This document shows positions 56,201 through 64,000 of a stretch of DNA of 64,000 bases, piece by piece. Within the stretch, counting starts at the first letter, position 1. The number at the start of each line of letters is the position of its first letter. Origin of the DNA: Auanema rhodensis (taxonomy: Eukaryota; Animalia; Nematoda); the NCBI GenBank assembly GCA_964057225.1, contig OZ059895.1:21142001-21206000 (forward strand), read 5' to 3'. A program made the position numbers and the translations under genes. The notes under the pieces are model-generated. The model was given only the letters and a program-made list of their open reading frames with translations. It was not told where the DNA came from and did not search any database.

Positions 56201-58249
56201 TTCCTCATGTCCATATTAGTCTAAAAACTAATTTTTATTGATATTGATGCATGGTAACCATGACTTTGAAATTTACGTGAACTTTAATTTATGCTTATTA
56301 AGTGTACACGTGATGTGCACTTGGTATGTAACTTGCTTCACGTGAAAGATAAAGGGATGCGGTTTTCAAAATTAGATTCCCCATGTCCATATTAGTCTAA
56401 AAACAAATTTTTGTTGATATTGGTGGATGGTAACCATGACTTTGAAATTTACGTGAACTTTAATTTATGCTAATTAAGTGTACACGTGATGTGCACTCGG
56501 TATGTAACTCGCTTCACGTGAAATATGAAGAGATGCGGTTTTCAAAATTAGATTCCCCATGTCCATATTAGTCTAAAAACAAATTTTTATTAATATTGGT
56601 GCTTGGTAACCATGACTTTGAAATTTACGTGAACTTTAATTTATGCTAATTAAGTGAACACATGATGTGCACTTGGTATGTAACTCGCTTCACGTGAAAG
56701 ATAGAGAGATGCGGTTTTCAAAATAGATTCCCCATGTCCATATTAGTCTAAAAACGAATTTTTATTGATATTGATTCATGGTAACCATGACTTTGAAAAT
56801 TACGTGAACTTTAATTTATGCTAATTAAGTGAACACATGATGTGCACTTGGTATGTAACTCGCTTCACGTGAAAGATAAAGGGATGCGGTTTTCAAAAGT
56901 AGATTCCCCATGTCCATATTAGTCTAAAAACAAATTTTTATTAATATTGGTGCATGGTAACCATGACTTTGAAATTTACGTGAACTTTAATTTATGCTAA
57001 TTAAGTGTACACATGATGTGCGCTTGGTATGTAACTCGCTTCACGTGAAAGATAAAGAGATGCGGTTTTCAAAATTAGATTCCCCATTTCCATATTAGTC
57101 TAAAAACAATATTTTATTGATATTGGTGCATGGCAACCATGACTTTAAAATTTACGTGAACTTTAATTTATGCTAATTAAGTGTACACATGTTGTGCACT
57201 TGGTATGTAACTCGCTTCACGTCAAAGATAAAGAGATGCGGTTTTCAAAATTAGATTCCCCATGTCCATATTAGTCTAAAAACAAATTTTTGTTGATATT
57301 GGTGGATGGTAACCATGACTTTGTAATTTACGTGAACTTTAATTTATGCTAATTAAGTGTACACGTGATGTGCACTTGGTATGTAACTCGCTTCACGTGA
57401 AAGATAAAGAGATGCGGTTTTCAAAATTAGATTCCTCATGTCCATATCAGTCTAAAAACGAATTTTTATTGATATTGATGCATGGTAACCATGACTTTGA
57501 AATTTACGTGAACTTTAATTTATGCTTATTAAGTGTACACGTGATGTGCACTTGGTATGTAACTTGCTTCACGTGAAAGATAAAGGGATGCGGTTTTCAA
57601 AATTAGATTCCCCATGTCCATATTAGTCTAAAAACAAATTTTTGTTGATATTGGTGGATGGTAACCATGACTTTGAAATTTACGTGAACTTTAATTTATG
57701 CTAATTAAGTGTACACGTGATGTGCACTCGGTATGTAACTCGCTTCACGTGAAATATGAAGAGATGCGGTTTTCAAAATTAGATTCCCCATGTCCATATT
57801 AGTCTAAAAACAAATTTTTATTGATATTGGTGCTTGGTAACCATGACTTTGAAATTTACGTGAACTTTAATTTATGCTTATTAAGTGTACACGTGATGTG
57901 CACTTGGTATGTAACTCGCTTCACGTGAAAGATAAAGGGATGCGGTTTTCAAAATTAGATTCCCCATTTCCATATTAGTCTAAAAACAAATTTTTATTAA
58001 TATTGGTGCATGGTAACCATGACTTTGAAATTTACGTGAACTTTAATTTATGCTAATTAAGTGTACACATGATGTGCGCTTGGTATGTAACTCGCTTCAC
58101 GTGAAATATGAAGAGATGCGGTTTTCAAAATTAGATTCCCCATGTCCATATTAGTCTAAAAACAAATTTTTATTAATATTGATTCATGGTAACCATGACT
58201 TTGAAAATTACGTGAACTTTAATTTATGCTAATTAAGTGAACACATGAT

Positions 58250-59780
58250 GTGCACTTGGTATGTAACTCGCTTCACGTGAAAGATAAAGAGATGTGGTTT
58301 TCAAAATAGATTCCCCATGTCCATATTAGTCTAAAAACGAATTTTTATTGATATTGATTCATGGTAACCATGACTTTGAAAATTACGTGAACTTTAATTT
58401 ATGCTTATTAAGTGTACACGTGATGTGCACTTGGTATGTAACTCGCTTCACGTGAAAGATAAAGGGATGCGGTTTTCAAAATTAGATTCCCCATGTCCAT
58501 ATTAGTCTAAAAACAAATTTTTATTAATATTGGTGCATGGTAACCATGACTTTGAAATTTACGTGAACTTTAATTTATGCTAATTAAGTGTACACATGAT
58601 GTGCGCTTGGTATGTAACTCGCTTCACGTGAAAGATAAAGAGATGCGGTTTTCAAAATTAGATTTCGCATGTCCATATTAGTCTAAAAACAAATTTTTAT
58701 TGATATTGGTGCATGGTAACCATGACTTTGAAATTTACGTGAACTTTAATTTATGCTAATTAAGTGTACACATGATGTGCGCTTGGTATGTAACTCGCTT
58801 CACGTGAAAGATAAAGAGATGTGGTTTTCAAAATAGATTCCCCATGTCCATATTAGTCTAAAAACGAATTTTTATTGATATTGATTCATGGTAACCATGA
58901 CTTTGAAAATTACGTGAACTTTAATTTATGCTTATTAAGTGTACACGTGATGTGCACTTGGTATGTAACTCGCTTCACGTGAAAGATAAAGGGATGCGGT
59001 TTTCAAAATTAGATTCCCCATGTCCATATTAGTCTAAAAACAAATTTTTATTAATATTGGTGCATGGTAACCATGACTTTGAAATTTACGTGAACTTTAA
59101 TTTATGCTAATTAAGTGTACACATGATGTGCGCTTGGTATGTAACTCGCTTCACGTGAAAGATAAAGAGATGCGGTTTTCAAAATTAGATTTCGCATGTC
59201 CATATTAGTCTAAAAACAAATTTTTATTGATATTGGTGCATGGTAACCATGACTTTGAAATTTACGTGAACTTTAATTTATGCTAATTAAGTGTACACAT
59301 GATGTGCGCTTGGTATGTAACTCGCTTCACGTGAAAGATAAAGAGATGTGGTTTTCAAAATAGATTCCCCATGTCCATATTAGTCTAAAAACGAATTTTT
59401 ATTGATATTGATTCATGGTAACCATGACTTTGAAAATTACGTGAACTTTAATTTATGCTTATTAAGTGTACACGTGATGTGCACTTGGTATGTAACTCGC
59501 TTCACGTGAAAGATAAAGGGATGCGGTTTTCAAAATTAGATTCCCCATGTCCATATTAGTCTAAAAACAAATTTTTATTAATATTGGTGCATGGTAACCA
59601 TGACTTTGAAATTTACGTGAACTTTAATTTATGCTAATTAAGTGTACACATGATGTGCGCTTGGTATGTAACTCGCTTCACGTGAAAGATTAAGAGATGC
59701 GGTTTTCAAAATTAGATTTCGCATGTCCATATTAGTCTAAAAACAATTTTTTATTGATATTGGTGCATGGTAACCATGAC
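58250..59780 (+). repeat. Trimer (527-bp) repeated three times
   Basis: The private GATTTCGCAT variant occurs at 58661, 59188 and 59715. Confidence 0.88.
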
Positions 59781-62700
59781 TTTAAAATTTACGTGAACTT
59801 TAATTTATGCTAATTAAGTGTACACATGATGTGCGCTTGGTATGTAACTCGCTTCACGTGAAAGATAAAGAGATGCGGTTTTCAAAATTAGATTCCTCAT
59901 GTCCATATTAGTCTAAAAACGAATTTTTATTGATATTGATGCATGGTAACTATGACTTTGAAATTTACGTGAACTTTAATTTATGCTAATTAAGTGTACA
60001 CATGATGTGCACTTGGTATGTAACTCGCTTCACGTCAACGATAAAGAGATGCGGTTTTCAAAATTAGATTCCCCATGTCCATATTAGTCTAAAAACAAAT
60101 TTTTATTAATATTGGTGCATGGTAACCATGACTTTGAAATTTACGTGAACTTTAATTTATGCTAATTAAGTGTACACATGATGTGCACTTGGTATGTAAA
60201 ACGCTTCACGTCAAAGATAAAGAGATGCGGTTTTCCAAATTAGATTCCCCATGTCCATATCAGTTCAAAAACAAATTTTTGTTGATATTGGTGGATGGTA
60301 ACCATGACTTTGAAATTTACGTGAACTTTAATTTATGCTAATTAAGTGTACACATGATGTGCGCTTGGTATGTAACTCGCTTCACGTGAAAGATAAAGGG
60401 ATGCGGTTTTCAAAATTAGATTCCCCATGTCCATATTAGTCTAAAAACGAATTTTTATTGATATTGATGCATGGTAACCATGACTTTGAAATTTACGTGA
60501 ACTTTAATTTATGCTTATTAAGTGTACACGTGATGTGCACTTGGTATGTAACTTGCTTCACGTGAAAGATAAAGGGATGCGGTTTTCAAAATTAGATTCC
60601 ACATGTCCATATTAGTCTAAAAACAAATTTTTGTTGATATTGGTGGATGGTAACCATGACTTTGTAATTTACGTGAACTTTAATTTATGCTAATTAAGTG
60701 TACACGTGATGTGCACTTGGTATGTAACTCGCTTCACGTGAAAGATAAAGAGATGCGGTTTTCAAAATTAGATTCCTCATGTCCATATCAGTCTAAAAAC
60801 GAATTTTTATTGATATTGATGCATGGTAACCATGACTTTGAAATTTACGTGAACTTTAATTTATGCTTATTAAGTGTACACGTGATGTGCACTTGGTATG
60901 TAACTTGCTTCACGTGAAAGATAAAGGGATGCGGTTTTCAAAATTAGATTCCCCATGTCCATATTAGTCTAAAAACAAATTTTTGTTGATATTGGTGGAT
61001 GGTAACCATGACTTTGAAATTTACGTGAACTTTAATTTATGCTAATTAAGTGTTCACGTGATGTGCACTCGGTATGTAACTCGCTTCACGTGAAATATGA
61101 AGAGATGCGGTTTTCAAAATTAGATTCCCCATGTCCATATTAGTCTAAAAACAAATTTTTATTAATATTGGTGCTTGGTAACCATGACTTTGAAATTTAC
61201 GTGAACTTTAATTTATGCTAATTAAGTGAACACATGATGTGCACTTGGTATGTAACTCGCTTCACGTGAAAGATAGAGAGATGCGGTTTTCAAAATAGAT
61301 TCCCCATGTCCATATTAGTCTAAAAACGAATTTTTATTGATATTGATGCATGGTAACCATGACTTTGAAATTTACGTGAACTTTAATTTATGCTTATTAA
61401 GTGTACACGTGATGTGCACTTCGTATGTAACTCGCTTCACGTCAAAGATAAAGAGATGCGGTTTTCAAAATTAGATTCCCCATTTCCATATTAGTCTAAA
61501 AACAATATTTTATTGATATTGGTGCATGGCAACCATGACTTTAAAATTTACGTGAACTTTAATTTATGCTAATTAAGTGTACACATGATGTGCACTTGGT
61601 ATGTAACTCGCTTCACGTCAAAGATAAAGAGATGCGGTTTTCAAAATTAGATTCCCCATGTCCATATTAGTCTAAAAACAAATTTTTATTAATATTGGTG
61701 CATGGTAACCATGACTTTGAAATTTACGTGAACTTTAATTTATGCTAATTAAGTGTACACATGATGTGCGCTTGGTATGTAACTCGCTTCACGTGAAAGA
61801 TAAAGAGATGCGGTTTTCAAAATTAGATTCCTCATGTCCATACTAGTCTAAAAACGAATTTTTATTGATATTGATGCATGGTAACCATGACTTTGAAATT
61901 TACGTGAACTTTAATTTATGCTTATTAAGTGTACACGTGATGTGCACTTGGTATGTAACTTGCTTCACGTGAAAGATAAAGGGATGCGGTTTTCAAAATT
62001 AGATTCCCCATGTCCATATTAGTCTAAAAACAAATTTTTATTAATATTGGTGCATGGTAACCATGACTTTGAAATTTACGTGAACTTTAATTTATGCTAA
62101 TTAAGTGTACACATGATGTGCGCTTGGTATGTAACTCGCTTCACGTCAAAGATAAAGAGATGCGGTTTTCAAAATTAGATTCCCCATTTCCATATTAGTC
62201 TAAAAACAATATTTTATTGATATTGGTGCATGGCAACCATGACTTTAAAATTTACGTGAACTTTAATTTATGCTAATTAAGTGTACACATGATGTGCACT
62301 TGGTATGTAACTCGCTTCACGTCAAAGATAAAGAGATGCGGTTTTCAAAATTAGATTCCCCATGTCCATATTAGTCTAAAAACAAATTTTTATTAATATT
62401 GGTGCATGGTAACCATGACTTTGAAATTTACGTGAACTTTAATTTATGCTAATTAAGTGTACACATGATGTGCGCTTGGTATGTAACTCGCTTCACGTGA
62501 AAGATAAAGAGATGCGGTTTTCAAAATTAGATTCCTCATGTCCATACTAATCTAAAAACGAATTTTTATTGATATTGATGCATGGTAACCATGACTTTGA
62601 AATTTACGTGAACTTTAATTTATGCTTATTAAGTGTACACGTGATGTGCACTTGGTATGTAACTTGCTTCACGTGAAAGATAAAGGGATGCGGTTTTCAA

Positions 62701-64000
62701 AATTAGATTCCCCATGTCCATATTAGTCTAAAAACAAATTTTTATTAATATTGGTGCATGATAACCATGACTTTGAAATTTACGTGAACTTTAATTTATG
62801 CTAATTAAGTGTACACATGATGTGCGCTTGGTATGTAACTCGCTTCACGTCAAAGATAAAGAGATGCGGTTTTCAAAATTAGATTCCCCATTTCCATATT
62901 AGTCTAAAAACAATATTTTATTGATATTGGTGCATGGCAACCATGACTTTAAAATTTACGTGAACTTTAATTTATGCTAATTAAGTGTACACATGATGTG
63001 CACTTGGTATGTAACTCGCTTCACGTCAAAGATAAAGAGATGCGGTTTTCAAAATTAGATTCCCCATGTCCATATTAGTCTAAAAACAAATTTTTATTAA
63101 TATTGGTGCATGGTAACCATGACTTTGAAATTTACGTGAACTTTAATTTATGCTTATTAAGTGTACACGTGATGTGCACTTGGTATGTAACTTGCTTCAC
63201 GTGAAAGATAAAGGGATGCGGTTTCCAAAATTAGATTCCCCATGTCCATATTAGTCTAAAAACAAATTTTTGTTGATATTGGTGGATGGTAACCATGACT
63301 TTGTAATTTACGTGAACTTTAATTTATGCTAATTAAGTGTACACGTGATGTGCACTTGGTATGTAACTCGCTTCACGTGAAAGATAAAGAGATGCGGTTT
63401 TCAAAATTAGATTCCTCATGTCCATATTAGTCTAAAAACGAATTTTTATTGATATTGATGCATGGCAACCATGACTTTAAAATTTACGTGAACTTTAATT
63501 TATGCTAATTAAGTGTACACATGATGTGCACTTGGTATGTAACTCGCTTCACGTCAAAGATAAAGAGATGCGGTTTTCAAAATTAGATTCCCCATGTCCA
63601 TATTAGTCTAAAAACAAATTTTTATTAATATTGGTGCATGGTAACCATGACTTTGAAATTTACGTGAACTTTAATTTATGCTAATTAAGTGTACACATGA
63701 TGTGCGCTTGGTATGTAACTCGCTTCACGTGAAAGATAAAGAGATGCGGTTTTCAAAATTAGATTCCTCATGTCCATACTAGTCTAAAAACGAATTTTTA
63801 TTGATATTGATGCATGGTAACCATGACTTTGAAATTTACGTGAACTTTAATTTATGCTTATTAAGTGTACACGTGATGTGCACTTGGTATGTAACTTGCT
63901 TCACGTGAAAGATAAAGGGATGCGGTTTTCAAAATTAGATTCCCCATGTCCATATTAGTCTAAAAACAAATTTTTGTTGATATTGGTGTATGGTAACCAT

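Larger units (their letters stand above)
1..64000 (+). repeat. Tandem satellite DNA array, 176-bp monomer, ~363 copies, extending beyond both window edges (centromeric/pericentromeric-type)
   Basis: TTTCAAAATTAGATT recurs at 1, 177, 353 and onward. The phase holds across the window, e.g. CAAATTTTT at 1502 and 16286 are exactly 84x176 apart. Monomers differ by a few substitutions. Centromeric location is an inference from monomer size and homogeneity. Confidence 0.99.
27300..64000 (+). repeat. Satellite sub-domain C (CACGTG-rich, large higher-order duplications)
   Basis: The TTTGTAATT, CATACTAGT, AAAAGTAG and GGGATTCGG variants are seen only here. AACAATATTT and AACTTGC are concentrated here. 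TCTAGA and AAAGATGAAG were not seen. Confidence 0.7.

Noticed and set aside
3853-60917. Eight 60-76 aa ORFs (MLIKCT.../MLFKCT...)
   Set aside because: Each is one monomer in which the usual TAG in TAT-TAG-TCT has mutated to TTG or CAG. The frame is closed in the other ~355 copies, 176 is not a multiple of 3, and I recognise no domain.
1-64000. CRISPR array or repeat-spacer system
   Set aside because: There are no unique spacers, since the entire unit is repeated, and there are no cas genes.
1-64000. Monomer variant order as an information-bearing code
   Set aside because: The order is explained by nested duplication, deletion and recombination of neighbouring monomers. Nothing indicates a readout mechanism.

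Overview
The whole 64-kb window is one head-to-tail tandem array of a 176-bp, AT-rich (~32% GC) satellite monomer, about 363 copies. Consensus: TTTCAAAATTAGATTCCCCATGTCCATATTAGTCTAAAAACAAATTTTTATTGATATTGGTGCATGGTAACCATGACTTTGAAATTTACGTGAACTTTAATTTATGCTAATTAAGTGTACACATGATGTGCACTTGGTATGTAACTCGCTTCACGTGAAAGATAAAGAGATGCGGT. Monomer length, homogeneity and array size fit a eukaryotic centromeric or pericentromeric satellite, but I do not recognise the family or species. I found no credible genes, RNA genes, transposons or CRISPR arrays; the listed ORFs are satellite read-throughs. The informative structure is: (i) a 277-bp inversion at 1011-1287 with 14-bp and 13-bp duplications at its breakpoints and a nearby 25-bp tandem duplication; (ii) three sub-domains with different diagnostic variants; (iii) nested, irregular higher-order duplications from 2 to 30 monomers; and (iv) a monomer rich in dyads and ACGT cores. 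I see no evidence for a new protein- or RNA-based system. All counts were made by eye and should be confirmed computationally.
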